The notes under the pieces: model-generated | The model's database searches: none | What the model was told of the DNA's origin: nothing | The model's input: the letters and a program-made list of their open reading frames with translations, nothing else | Program-made: the position numbers and the translations under genes | From: Octopus vulgaris | Lineage: Eukaryota | NCBI GenBank assembly: GCA_951406725.2 | Contig: OX597839.1 | Coordinates: forward strand, 11,470,001-11,534,000 | Length of the DNA stretch: 64,000 nucleotides | Direction: 5' to 3' | Part shown: one piece after another, positions 1 through 13,590 of the stretch | How the letters are laid out: each line of letters begins with the position of its first letter | Position numbering within the stretch: the stretch's first letter is position 1

Positions 1-823
1 AGACATGTGCCCAAGGTGCCACGCAGTGGGACTGAAACCAGAACCATGTAGTTGGGAAGCAAGCTTCTTACCATACAGCCACTCGTGTACCTATGTAAAA
101 GAAATTTATAGTACCTTTTTTATAATTAAACATTAATTTTTTTTTAAATGTACATGTGTATACTTGTAGAAGTGTATATGTGTATATATTACGTGATCAC
201 GTAACTGACCAGGCTGTCAGATGTTGCTACACATCACTGGTCACAATGCGCTTCGCAGTGTTTTAGCCTTCAAATGACGCCACCCCACTGGCTAAGCGAG
301 CAGGCCTGTGTATATATATACACACGTACATACACATACAGGCTTCTTTCAGTTTCTATCTACCAGTTGTATTCAGAACACTTTCATCAAAATGACACTT
401 GTCCAAGGTGCCATGCTAATGAAACTAAACCCAGAATCCTTTACTACATTACTACTAAAACTTTAACACATGCAAAGTATAAATGGGAGTGATCAGACAA
501 CACATAGTGAATTGTGTTGAGTGATGTTACAACCGTAGAGAATTGGTTGTCAGAGTATCATACCAAGCATCTTTAACAGTTTTGAATGTCATCAAAGGCA
601 ATTATGCTACTCAAGCAGTAAGCGTTTCCAAAGGTTGTTACTATTAGTATTTCCATTTATTATATCAAAGAAGGGAAGTAATTATACTTAACTAGAGGGT
701 CATGGATCTTAGTACACTCCATTCATATGGAACACTACTGACTTAGGAACACATGACTGCAGGCTTTGTCTAACTGAGAAGTCCACCATAAGAGACTGAA
801 GCATCCATGGATATCCTTCAAAT

Positions 824-1072
824 CTGTGTTTCTCAACCATTTCTTTTTTACCTACGGACCCCTTTGATTCGTGTTATACTTAGATGTAACATCCTAGCCA
901 TCTGATGTTTAAAAATATATATATTTTTATGATTAAAATGTTATTAGGAACTGTATTTAAAAATTTGTAAGATATTTTGTGTATTGTAGAAGTATAATTT
1001 ATTGCAAATAAATTTTAACAACATCTTATATGGACCCAGACGGGCCATGTGGACCACAGTTGAGAATCGCTT
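824..1072. mobile_element. hAT/Charlie-like MITE
   Basis: Ends CTGTGTTTCTCAAC...GTTGAGAATCGCTT; degenerate 8-bp TSD cttcaaat/ctttaagt. Confidence 0.55.
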
Positions 1073-1256
1073 CTTTAAGTGGAAGTCAGATATGTCTGTC
1101 GTCATTGGAGGTGGTTCCTCTTAAAAAGTTTATAGATGTTTAAAATCCCCTAGGCCAGCCAACACAAACACAGCCATTAGATTTAGCCAAGACTCATGGA
1201 GTAGCTGCCTTTGATGTCCCTAGGTTTGGTTTGGGTAAACTGCACTTACAACTCAG

Positions 1257-1676
1257 GGATCTTTTCGGTTTGAACGGCAGTTTTTTCTAGCGGTGTCATA
1301 TGAAATTGTTGCCCATAATTATGACCCTAATATCGATCTATTGCATTTCAGTCTGTTTTAGGGTTAGGGTTAGGGGTGGATGGAAGGGTATCTTTTTTCT
1401 TCAGAAATGTAAATAAACCCAATCTGTTTCTTAAACTAGGGACATATTCATACGGCACAGAATTTTTTTTTTTTACCTCAATAGACGTAACTGATTGGTT
1501 GAAATTGCAGAAATTGAAGAAAAAAACAACAAATATCTTACAAACTATAGAATTTTCTCAATAAAGCCAAGAGAAAAAGATGTTTTATAAACACATTCTA
1601 CAAGTATACGAAGTTTAAAAGTGTTTAGTTACGTGAAAATTATTTTTATAAACTGCCGTTCAAACCGAAAAGATCC
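1257..1676 (+). mobile_element. ~420-bp MITE copy 1 (GG-terminal TIR, Merlin/MULE-like) with internal TTAGGG repeats
   Basis: TIR GGATCTTTTCGGTTTGAACGGCAGTTT at both ends; near-identical to five other copies. Confidence 0.88.
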
Positions 1677-2487
1677 CATTTTTTTTCTGATCGATCAATC
1701 ATGTGTGTACTTTACATAAGTGAATCGCTGTGAGTACCAATGAAATGAATCAGCCAAGTTACTCCATAAAAATAAATTCCACACCATGTATTGAGTGCAC
1801 CTCCCTTTTGTTTGTACATGTTAACAAGTGTGCACATAATACATATACACACACTCACATAAATGTATGTATGTGCATACGTACTTGTATGCATGTATAA
1901 TGAATCAAAGTTAAAAAGCCTTGTGTGTGTGTATGTGTGTGTATTGTGCTGTCTTAATCTATTACTCACAAAGACCTCTCCCTCCCTCTCTCTCTACTAC
2001 TAGTATCTCCCATCACCCTCTCTCTTGTCTCTACTCTGTCTCTGTATTCTATCTCTCTCTCGCTCTCCCTTTCCTCCCTCTTGGTTAGTGAGAGTCACTG
2101 ACTGCTCCACAGCAGCTGTCACTGTCGCTCGGATATCACTACTTATAACAGTTCGGGCCCTTTAACACTTACATGCATGCACGCACACACTCACTCACTC
2201 ACTCATTCACTCCACTCACTCACTGTCTCACTCACTCACTCGCTCACCTCCCTGCGTGTAGGTTGATTGTGTGTATATATGTGTGACTGAGACAGTTTGT
2301 CAGCCTCCTGCTAAGACAACTTTAGTGTTATTATATAATTTCTCTCTTATTCCCCTTCTCTCTCCTCCAGCATTTTTGTTTGGGATACACACCAAAGTAC
2401 AGACTGCCTTGTAGGAGTGTTTGTCTGCCATACATACACAGCTTGCTCTCTTACTCCGTGTATATGTTTCTCTGTGTGTCTAAACAC

Positions 2488-2528
<41 letters not shown>

Positions 2529-2529
<1 letters not shown>

Positions 2530-2752
2530 TCTTTTCTCTTTTACTTGTTTCTGTCATTTGACTGCGGCTATGCTGGAGCACCGCCTTTAGTCGAGCAAAT
2601 CGACCCCAGGACTTATTCTTTTGTAAGTCTAGTACTTATTCTATCGGTCTCTTTTGCCGAACCGCTAAGTAACGGGGACGTAAACACAGCAGCATCGGTT
2701 GTCAAGCAATGCTAGGGGGGGGACAAACACAGACACACAAACATACATGCAC

Positions 2753-2783
<31 letters not shown>

Positions 2784-2953
2784 TATATACGACGGGCTTC
2801 TTTTCAGTTTCCGTCTACCAAATCCACTCACAAGGCTTTGGTCGGCCCGAGGCCATAGTAGAAGACACTTGCCCAAGGTGCCACGCAGTGGGACTGAACG
2901 CGGAACCATGTGGTTCATAAACAAGCTACTTACCACACAGCCACTCCAGCGCC
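2529..2953 (-). mobile_element. SINE family A (CORE-like, internal microsatellite)
   Basis: Head AGGAGTGGCTGTGTGGTAAG, CORE-like GGCACCTTGGGCAAGTG, (AAAAGAGT)n tail; about 20 copies or fragments in the window. Confidence 0.85.
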
Positions 2954-3014
2954 ATATATGTTTATATATATATATATATATACGTTTATATATATATATA
3001 TATACATATACATT

Positions 3015-3046
<32 letters not shown>

Positions 3047-3314
3047 TATACACACACACACAAAGCGCACACGCACATGATTTTTCGTTTGATTTGGCTT
3101 ACACAGACATTGATCGTATCCCCAAAGAATTTCTTATAAGCTGTAGAGCACTTACGCTGAATAAATGCCTTGATTAGATGAATTAAGACGGACGTTGTTT
3201 AGCTCAATGTATGTCTAGTTATCGCATAAATCGCCCCTAGGCATTCGCAAGTTTTCTAATTTAATATGTTTTAGTAGAATGCTATGGAAGTATTTTCACT
3301 ACTTTGGTAGATTT

Positions 3315-3737
3315 GGATCTTTTCGGTTTGAACGGCAGTTTTTCTAGCAGTGTCATTATGAAATTGTCATCCATAATTATGACCCTAGTATCGATCTATT
3401 GCATTGCAATCTATTTTAGGGTTAGGGTTAGTGGTGGGGGAAGGGTATCTTTTTTTTTCTTCAGAAATGTAAATAAACCCAATCTGTTTCTTAAACGAGG
3501 GACATATTCATACGGCACAGAATGATTTTTTTCCACCTCAATAGACGTCATTGATTGGTTGAAATTGCAGAAATTGAAGAGAAAAAAACAACAAATATCT
3601 TACAAAAAATAGAATTTTCTCAATAAAGCCAAGAGAAAAAGATGTTTTATAAACACATTCTACCAGTATACGAAGTTTAAAAGTGTTTAGTTACGTGGAA
3701 ATTATGTTAAAAACTGCCGTTCAAACCGAAAAGATCC
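3315..3737 (+). mobile_element. ~420-bp MITE copy 2
   Basis: Same TIRs; imperfect TSD gtagattt/aaagattt. Confidence 0.88.
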
Positions 3738-3926
3738 AAAGATTTTATTCCGCTTGTATGTAATAAACACACCCACTTCCTTCTTGTAAGTTACACTTGT
3801 TTCGTATATTCAACTCCCCGTGACCGACTGCTATTCTCAACGCCAGCTGAAGAGTTGGTGTTTCTTCAAGCAGTTGTAGAAATATCTGGATATCCTCGAA
3901 TATCATCTTGTGATATTAATGATATC

Positions 3927-4318
3927 TCTTTACTCTTTTACTTGTTTCAGTCATTTGACTGCGGCCATGCTGGTGCACGGCCTTTACTCGAGCAAATCGA
4001 TCTCAGAACTTATTCTTTGTAAGCCTGGTAACTTATTCTATCGGTCTCTTTTGCAGAACCGCTAAGTTACGGGGACGTAAACACACCAGCATCGGTTGTC
4101 AAGCAATGCTAGGGGGACAAACACATACACACACATACATATATATATATACATACGACGGGCTTCTTTCAGTTTCCGTCTACCAAATCCACTCACAAAG
4201 CTTTGGTTGGCCCGAGGCTATAGTAGAAGACACTTGCCCAAGGTGCCATGCTGTGGGACTGAACCCGGAACCATGTGGTTGGTTAGCAAGCTACTTACCA
4301 CACAGCCACTCCTGCGCC
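3927..4318 (-). mobile_element. SINE family A
   Basis: Full-length match to 2529-2953. Confidence 0.85.
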
Positions 4319-6039
4319 TTATTGCACCATTTCACATTAAAACTTAAACCAAATTCCTTCTGCCATCTTCTATCCGTATCCTATCTTTTCCTGTTATCTT
4401 GTCACCTTGTCTTTGATGTACTGTCGTTAGCCACATGTAACACAACAACAAATACCTGAAACGCCCACAGCTTTAACTTGTTCCTCAAGCTACACCAACA
4501 TGCACACTTATCTGTGTGGGCATGTGTGTGTGTGTGTACACATACAGATAGCCATTCATATAAACATTAACACACTTGTTAGCACAAACAGTTATACATA
4601 CGGTGGTCAGTATTGACATTTGTATATATACACACTGCCCTGCTTGGTCATTAATATGTACACTCCCACAACATGGATGTTGATGATGGCTTTAACATTG
4701 GTGTTTAATAATACACTTCCTCAACAGTGATGTATCTAAATAGAAGCCCTTAACACTGACATTTTCTACACATGTTTATATACACTCATCAACTAACACA
4801 TTAATGTTTATTCACAACTTGTCGACATTCACATCTCTATAAACCCATTGACATTTCTGTCTTGACATATCAATTAAATTTGACATTTATATAGACTCAT
4901 CGCTATTGACATTTATATACACTCACAGAATCATACATATATACATACATGACTCTCAGGGGTTGTGACCGGTTAGTTATTATCATTGTGGTTATTTTGA
5001 GGGTGGGGCATTGGCAGATTTCAGTGGAGTGTTGGACTCCCCCCACTCACCTGGTGGCCCAAATGGCTGAATCGGTAGAGCATCAGACAAACTGACAATG
5101 TCATTTTGTCACATCACTGTATGTTCTTAGTTCAAATCCTGCTGAGATGGATTTCACCTTTCATCCTTCTGAGGTTGATAAAGATAAAAGTACAAATGAA
5201 GAAAGGATAGGACCAGCCTTTCTTGATAGTATCCCATCCAGAGGGGACGTCCACAGGATTAAGAAAGAGTGAGAGAAAGAGTGGTGAAAGAGAACAGCAG
5301 GGATCACCACTCCCTGCCGGAGCCTTGTGGAGCTCTTAGGTCTTTTCGCTCAATAAACACTCACAACGCCCGGTCTGGGAATCAAAACCACGAGTCTGCT
5401 GCCCTAACCACTGGGCCATTGCGCTTCCACTTGTTTTATATATAAGGTGTGAACCATGGACAGAAGTTTTTAAAAAATATCAAAAATGGGTCATTATAAA
5501 AAGTTGTTGCTCCCTACAGTAACTTGACTTGCTAGAAATACTAGCCAAATCTAAATTATGTTTCTCTTTATCTTTAAAATAGGAAGAACACGTTGGATAA
5601 TGCAATCTAAAAGATATGTTGATAGGTCTGCTGGATCAGGGCTAAATTGGTACTGACTAACAACCATGTAACACGAGGGTTACTTGTAATTTGTGGTTAT
5701 ATGGTTGTTATTATTATATTTCTGCAGTCAAAACGAACTGTAATCAGTTGTGACTAATGATGAAATACTGTTGAAATTACAGTCATCACTTGGTGGTGGT
5801 GAACCTAGTCATTAGGTGCTCATAAAAATATCTCACCAATTACACAATTCGCTTCCACTCCCTTTTGTGCCCCCTCTACCACCTGATACTTGTCATAGCA
5901 TTCTTACTGAGCTCCCAAAATATCTCCCCTCCAGTCACTACTTTTGATCTGTGTTCCTTGGTTCTTGCTAAAGAGCCTAAAAACTCAGAATGCCCCTCCG
6001 GTCACACAAACGTCACCTAATCCCTATATAGTTTTCACC

Positions 6040-6430
6040 AGGCACAGGAGTGGCTATGTGGTAAGTTGCTTGCTTACCAACCACATGGTTCCGGGTTCAT
6101 TCCCACTGCGTGGGCAAGTGTCTTCTACTATAGCCTCGGGCCGACCAAAGCCTTGTGAGTGGATTTGGTAGACAAAAACTGAAAAGAAGCCCTTCGTGTA
6201 TATATGTATGTATGTGTGTGTATATGTTTGTGTGTCTGTATTTGTCCCCCCAACATCACTTGACAACAGATACTGGTATGTTTACGTCCCCGTAACTTAG
6301 CGGTTCGGCAAAAGAGACCGATAGAATAAGTACTAGGCTTACAAAGAATAAGTCCTGGGGTCGATTTGCTCGACTAAAGGCGGTGTTCCAGCATGGCCGC
6401 AGTCAAATGACTGAAACAAGTAAAAGAGTA
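6040..6430 (+). mobile_element. SINE family A
   Basis: Full-length match. Confidence 0.85.
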
Positions 6431-7507
6431 ATGATTCTAAGGACTGTAAATCCTTCTCCAGTTACACAGATTCTACCTAACCCTTCTGTAGTTGTCACTG
6501 AGGACCCTAAATATCTCTCCAAACTCGCAAACTCCCTACTTGTCATTTTCCAATACTTTGGAATACTTTGGTTGTACTGAACTAAGAAAACACTTGCATC
6601 TGTAGTAACAAGCACCTATAGGGCCCTAATTGGTCGGGTTTATTGTCTGTGTTGCCTAATTGCTGACAAAAGCTGGCTAGGGTGCTGTAAAGGTTATTTT
6701 GCTTTGATGGTAAATTCATGCCCCTAACTTAGGGTGGGATTGAACCCTTGGTTGCAGGGTTGATGAATCTGTCTCATTTTTCTCAACAACACTTTTAATA
6801 ACAGTGATAATGATTATGGTAATAATAATAATGATGATGATCATCATCATAAGAAGAAGAAGAAGAAAAAATGATAATAAAAATAATTGTTTCCTGTCTG
6901 AGATTGAACTTGTACGCCTATTTAGTTTAATTTAGCTGCTTATCAGCTTACACAATGGTTGTGTAGAAGTATTTATTTCCTTGCTACCGCCCACTCCTTC
7001 AGAGCCTTCAGGAGAGAGAGAGAGAGAGAGTGTGTGTGTGTGTGTGTATGTGTGTGTAAGAAAGAGTAAGAGACTTAGGAGTAGTTGACAGTTTGTTTTT
7101 GCATACTTTACAAATCTAAGCAGGTTGTAAGTAGTCGGAAATTGATGCAGTTATCTAAATGTGCAACCTGTTGCCTGCTTACTTCCCCTTCCTCGGCTTT
7201 CCAACACCAACTTTGCCACTTGGCTGCTACAAACGTATATCGCTAACTTAACACTTGTAGATCAGATGTATATCTCGCTCAAAGTTGTTGCTTAACACAT
7301 TGAGTAGAAGTGTGTAGATTGGTGTGTAGGTGTGTGTGTGTGTGTGTGTAGATAGAAAGATGAGGTACAGTGTGTGTGTAGACTGCTCCGATATGTATAG
7401 GCACTCCCAATAGCTCTGGTACATATAAACATGTGGAGACTGCTCTAATGGATATATATATATACATGTGTATATACATACATTACACACACATATATGT
7501 GAATATA

Positions 7508-7555
<48 letters not shown>

Positions 7556-7802
7556 CGTTCAATGCTCGAAATGAGGAGTAGATGGACAAAAGACAACTGA
7601 TGAAGGGTCGTTCTTTATGTTACTTGTCCTGTTCTTCATTTGTTTCTTTCGTTGTTTGGATATCAACTCATTTGTTTTCGTATCTCATGTTGTTTACGGT
7701 TTGTGACGTCCTGTACCCATATATGTATGTATGTGTGTGTGTGTGTATATATATATATAAATATATATATATATGTATGTATGTACATATATATGTGTAT
7801 AT

Positions 7803-8108
7803 ATCACCGTGACCGACCAGGCTATCAGATGTTGCTACAGATCGCTGGTCACAATGCGCTTCGCATTGTTTTAGCCTTCAAATGACGCCACCCCGCTGGC
7901 TAAGCGAGCAGGCCAACAGAAGAAAGAGTGAGAGAAAGTTGTGGCGAAAGAGTACAGCAGGGATCGCCCCCCCCCCCCTGCCAGAGCCTCGTGGAGCTAT
8001 AGGTGTTTTCCTCTCAATAGACACTCAGAACAACCGGTCTGAGAATTGAAACCGCAGTCCTATGACCGCGAGTCTGCTGCCCTGACCACTGGGCCATTGC
8101 GCCTCCAC
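7803..8108 (-). mobile_element. SINE family B (tRNA-derived head GGAGGCGCAATGGCCCAGTGG)
   Basis: Pol III A-box and B-box-like motifs; multiple copies. Confidence 0.85.
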
Positions 8109-8113
8109 ATGTA

Positions 8114-8147
<34 letters not shown>

Positions 8148-8521
8148 GTGGAGGCGCAATGGCCCAGTGGTTAGGGCAGCAGACTCGCGGTCGGAGGATC
8201 GCGGTTTCGATTCCCAGACCGGGCATTGTGAGTGTTTATTTAGCGAAAACACCTAAAGCCCCACGAGGCTCCGGCAGGGGTGGTGGCGAACTCTGCTGTA
8301 CTCTTTCACCACAACCTTCTCTCATTCTTTCTTCCTGTTGTACCTGTATTTCAAAGGGCCAGCCTTGTCACACTCTGTGTCACGCTGAATCTCCTCGAGA
8401 ACTACGTTAAGGGTACACGTGTCTGTGGAGTGCTCAGCCACTTGCACGTTAATATCACAAGCAAGCTGGTCCATTGATCGTATCATCTGGGACCCTCATC
8501 GTCGCAACCGACGGAGTGCTC
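8148..8521 (+). mobile_element. SINE family B, different 3' body
   Basis: tRNA-like head with GGTTTCGATTCCC B-box. Confidence 0.85.
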
Positions 8522-8675
8522 CTAATATATATATATATATACACACATACAGCTCTGGTGTATATAAAGATACCAGTAGAAATGTATAGGCTGCTCTGAT
8601 GTGTATAGACATTCCAGTAGAAGTGTGTAGATAGCTCTGATGTCTATAAATTTGTGTAGCCTGCTCTGAGATATA

Positions 8676-8888
8676 CAGCAGTACCTCAGTTTTCGAACAA
8701 CTCTGATCACGAATAAATCTTGCTTTATATATATAGAGATAGATATGGATGTATATAAAGCACGATTTATTCATGATCAGAGACATTCGTAAATCGAGGT
8801 ATTACTGTATTAAATGAATATGAGAAAGACAGGAGATTACGTATGATTTATTCATGATCAGAGTTGTTCGGAAACCCAGGTGCTACTG
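8676..8888. mobile_element. Tigger/pogo-like MITE with duplicated right end
   Basis: TA|CAGCAGTACCTCAGTTTTCGAAC left end; complementary ends ...GGTATTACTG|TA (8807) and ...GGTGCTACTG|TA (8888). Confidence 0.6.
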
Positions 8889-9599
8889 TATATATATCTC
8901 TGTATGTATGATATAGACAACTCTAATGTGTATAATGATGCCAGTAGAAGTGTATATTACCGCTCTGATGTGTATAGAAACATCAGCAGAAATGTGTAAA
9001 CAGCTCTGAAATGTGTGTTGACTGTACCAGTATATATATCCACCAGCAGATGTATGTAGAATGTTCCGCTTAATAAATGCCTTTCATTAAGATTGTTTAA
9101 TTGTTTCTTTCTACATTCTGTGAGTTCAAGTCCTGCCAAGTTCTGTAATTGCCCAGCAACCAATTAGCTAATTACTCAGCAACCAATTAACTAATTACTC
9201 AGTAACCAGTTAATTAGATATTTAGGAACCAATTAATTAGATACCCTGCAACCAATTAACTAAATTACTCAGTAATAGACTAATTAAATTACAGATTAAC
9301 GAATATGACAACCAATTTATACCCTACTGTGATACCTACATATATCTAGGTGACCTGGGCTGTTAACAGTGAAGTGTCTTAGCCATGAACAGTATAGAGA
9401 ACTATAACACTGTGTAGCACTTATTTACAGCCAGATGGACTGAGCTACGGACAGCTTAAGTGTGGTCACAATACAGTGAACGATACCATACTATAGTACC
9501 TACATACATCTAAGTGGCCTGAGCTGTTGACAGTGTTTTGACCAGGAACGCAATACCGTAAACGGCTATAAGGTATTAATGACAATTATAGTAGTTATA

Positions 9600-10038
9600 G
9601 GTGTGATCATTACCAGTGTCGCCTTACTGGCACTTGTACCCGTGCTAGTAGGGTGCCAAGAGCACCATCCGAATGTGATCATTACCAGAGCAGCCAACTG
9701 GCTTCCATACCACTGGCACGTAAAAGGGCACCATTCGAGCGTGATCGTTACCAAAGTCACCTTACTGGCACCAGTGCTGGTGGCATGTGTAAAAGGATTT
9801 GAGCGAGGTCGTTGCCAGTACCACCTGACTGGCCCCCGTGCCGGTGGCACATAAAAAGCACCCACTACACTCTCGGAGTGGTTGGCGTTAGGAACGGCAT
9901 CCAGCTGTAGAAACTCTGCCAAATCGAGATTGGAGCCTGGTGCAACCATCTGGTTCGCCAGTCCTCAGTCAAAATCGTCCAACCCATGCTAGCATGGAAA
10001 AGTGGACGTTAAACGATGATGATGAGGATGATGATGAT
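9600..10038 (+). mobile_element. SINE-like family D (RTE-related, (GAT)n tail)
   Basis: TGGCGTTAGGAA.GGCATCCAGCTGTAGAAAC core; AACGATGATGAT tail; further copies near 16.2, 39.5 and 41.7 kb and those listed. Confidence 0.75.
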
Positions 10039-10222
10039 AGGCACAGTACAATAAGCTGTGGTACTTGTTTGCAGCTAGATGGACTTGTTTGTCACAGCCA
10101 GTAATAGGAGACAAACTTCCAGCTTCTCAGGTCACCCGGCCTTAGACACTCATTTCTTTGCCATGACTATACCAGCTCAATGTATGAAGGAAATATCTCC
10201 AAATTATAATAATTGATATATG

Positions 10223-10521
10223 TGGAGGCACATGGCCTAGTTGTTTGAGCAGCGGACCCGCAGTCGAGGATTGCGGATTCGAATCTTAGACCGGATGATG
10301 TGTGTGTTTATGAGCAAAACACCTAAGCTCTACGTGGCTCTGGCAGAAGGTAATGGCAAACTTCTGCTGACTCTTTCGCCACAACTTTCTCTCGCTCTTT
10401 CCTCCTGCATCTTGCAGCTCACCTGCGACGGCCCAGCATCCCGTCCAGGTGGGGAACCTCTATGCCAAGGAAACCGGGAAATCAGCCTTATGAGCCAGAC
10501 ATGGCTCGAGAAGGAACAAAC
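10223..10521 (+). mobile_element. SINE family B variant
   Basis: tRNA-like head; body shared with 54676-54972 and 63697-64000. Confidence 0.82.
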
Positions 10522-11789
10522 AATATTGATATATAGGCACAGGAATAGCTGTGTGGTAAAAAGTTTGCTTTTTAACCATATGGTTTCAGGTTCAGTCCCA
10601 CTGCATGGCACCCTGGGCAAGTATCTTCTAATATAGCTTTGGGCCAACCAAAGCCTTGTGATTGAATTTAGTAGTTGGAAACTGCAACAAGCCCAAGAGT
10701 GTCTTTATGTTTACCCCTACCACTGCTTGACAGCTGGTGTTGGTGTGTTTAAGGCCCTGTAACTTAGCAATTTGGCAGAAGAAACCAATAGAATAAGTAC
10801 CAGTCTTTGAAACAAAAAATAATTACTGGGGCCAATTCATTCAACTCAAGGCTTCTTTCAATTTCCATCTACCAGATCCACTCTCAAGGCTTTGGTCATC
10901 GCCAGAGTTATAGAAGATACTTTCCCAAGGTGTCACACAGTGGGACTGAACTTTCAAGGCTCCAGCATGACCACAGTCTAATGACTGAAACAAGTAAAAG
11001 ATAAAATATATAATATCAATATTAAGGCAACAAGCTGGCAGAATCAGTAACACATTGGACAAAATGCTTAGTGCTATTTCGTCTGTCTTTAAGTTCTGAG
11101 TTCAGATTTCACCAAGGTCGACTTTGCTTTCCATCCTTTCAGGGTCAATGAAATAAGTGCCAATTGAGTACTGGGGTCAATGTAATTGACTTGCCCCCTC
11201 ATCCAAAATTTTAAGCTTGTATTAGAAAGGATTATTACATTTTGTGATCCACCCCTATCTCCAGTCAGTCTAATCACTATGAAACAATCTTATTTCACGC
11301 CAGATAAGCTAAACCTTTTCAGTACACATCCCATGACCCTTATCATAGCATTTAATTCCCTTTCAGTATCTGGCTTTTCCTTCTGACTAACACCCTGACA
11401 ACTAATCCCTGGATGCCAGAATCAACAAGTCCAATTTGATAACCCTGATGACATCAATGTTTGTTTTATATTTCTGGGATGATAATAACAAGCTGTGTAC
11501 CGGAGACTTAAGGTTAATGTTTCATCATCATTATCATCATTACCATCATCCAGCACACTTATGACCAAGTTTATGATAGGTTAGGCATGGTTGTGTGGTA
11601 AGAAGTTTGCTTCCCAACCACATGGTGCTGGGTTCAGTCCCACCGTGTGACACCCATGGGCTGACCAAAACTTTGTGAAAAGATTTGGTTGACAAAAACT
11701 GGTGTGTGTATGTATGTATATATATATACACATATATATATACATACATATATATATATACACATATATATATATATATATATATATAA

Positions 11790-12096
11790 ATATCACCGTG
11801 ATCACCGTGATCAACCAGACTATCAGATGTTGCTACACATCGCTGGTCACAATGCGCTTGGCATTGTTTTAGCCTTCACATGACGCCACCCCACTGGCTG
11901 AAGCGAGCAGACCAACAGAAGAAAGGGTGAGAGAAAGTTGTGGCGAAAGAGTACAGCAGGGATTGTCACCACCCCCTGCCGGAGCCTTTAGGTGTTTTCG
12001 CTCAATAAACACTCACAATACCCGGTCTGGGAATCGAAACTGCGATCTTACAACCGTGAGTCCGCTGCCCTAACCACTGGGCCATTGCACCTCCAC
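11790..12096 (-). mobile_element. SINE family B nested in the microsatellite of a family A SINE (11583-12335)
   Basis: Matches 7803-8108; family A halves flank it. Confidence 0.8.
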
Positions 12097-12699
12097 ATAT
12101 ATAAATGTGTGTGTGTGTCTGTGTTTGTCCCCCACCATCACTTGACACCTGGTACTGATTTGTTTATGTCCCTGTAACTTAGTGGTTCAGCAAGAAGTGA
12201 GACCAATAGAATAAGTACCAGACTTTAAGAAAAGTAAGTTCTGGGGGTTGGTCTGTCTGATTAAAATTAAAAAGACCCGTTAAGGTGATGCCCCAGCATG
12301 GCCAAAACCCAGCGACAAACAATTAAAATATAAAGGCATTCGGCTGTGACCACCTCATCTTTTTTCAGACATTGCTTACCTTGGCTTACATTATCCAATG
12401 ACCATTTTTTAGAGCAGCAGACCAGTCTTATTTTACACCAGTCAATTGAGTGTAAATCCTGGCTCCTTTTCCCCAGTTGTCTTTTTAATAATGTGCTTCT
12501 CTGTTATTTCTGTGAAAGTTCCTAGTTGTTTGACATAGTAAGTCTTGGGTTTTGGTCTTGTGTGTTTAGTTTTAACTGCCTGTTTCAGAGGATTCAGGCT
12601 TAATCCCCTCGGATAATCTTGCATTTGTAACGCTCTGTTTGCGTGTGAATGAACTAATCCAGTTTTTTTCTTATCAGAGCTTACATTGTTTTTATTTTG

Positions 12700-13590
12700 A
12701 TTGTAGCTACTGGTTGGTGGTGTATCGCATGGCTACTGGCTGGTATTTTATCTCATGGTTGCTTGGCTGTTGGTATATCACATGGCCACTGGTTTGCTGG
12801 CCAGGTGGTGAATTGTATGGTTACTGGTTACTATCTTATCTCGTGGCTACTGGATATTGGTATACTGCATGGCCACTAGCTAGTGTTGTATCACATGACT
12901 GCCAGCATATCAGATGGCTACCAGATATTATTGTTATCACATGGTTGGTGACATATCAAATGACCACAACTAGCTGGTGACATATCACATATCTATTGAC
13001 TAGTGTTGTATCACATGGCAACTGGCTTGTATTGTATCACATGGCTGCTAGCATATCAGATGGATACCAGACAGTTGTTATCATATGGCTGATGACCTAT
13101 CACATGACCACAACTAACTAGTAACATTTCAGACATTTATTGTCTAGTGTTGTATCATATGGCCACTAGCTGGTGTTTTATCACACGACTGCTGGTTTTT
13201 GGTATATCACATGGCTACTTGCTTGTATTGTATCACATGGCTGCTGGCATATCAGATGGCTCCCAAGACAGTATTGTTATCGCATGGGTGGTGGCATATC
13301 ACATGACCACAACTAACTAGTAGCATATCAGACATTTATTGTCTAGTGTTGTATCATATGGCCACTAGCTGGTGTTTTATCACATGGCTACTGGCTTGTA
13401 TTGTATCACAAAGCCACTGGCTTCAATTGTATCTCACAGCTACAAGCCAGTATTGTATCACATGGCTGCTGGTATATCAGGTGTCTCCCAAAGCAAGTAT
13501 CGTTATCCCATGGGTGGTGACATATCACATGGCCACAACTAACTGGTGACGTATCACACATCTATTGGCTTGTGTTATATCATATATGAA
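12700..13590. repeat. Degenerate ~23-bp satellite (TATCACATGGCTACTGG core) with higher-order units
   Basis: Core recurs about every 23 nt; a longer block recurs at about 12905, 13051, 13247 and 13472. Confidence 0.8.

Noticed and set aside
1359-1380. True telomere or chromosome fusion site
   Set aside because: Only 2-4 TTAGGG units, always at the same position inside the MITE
2380-2920. Recurrent peptides such as [23 protein letters not shown] as a gene family
   Set aside because: Translations of SINE family A with variable frames and stops
3070-3910. Possible transposase remnant on the minus strand around MITE copy 2 (FEDIQIFLQLLEETPTLQLAL...)
   Set aside because: Only vague similarity and several stops; cannot be supported without a homology search
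8148-8225. tRNA gene
   Set aside because: The tRNA-like head continues into a SINE body and recurs in many diverged copies; no clean cloverleaf or terminator
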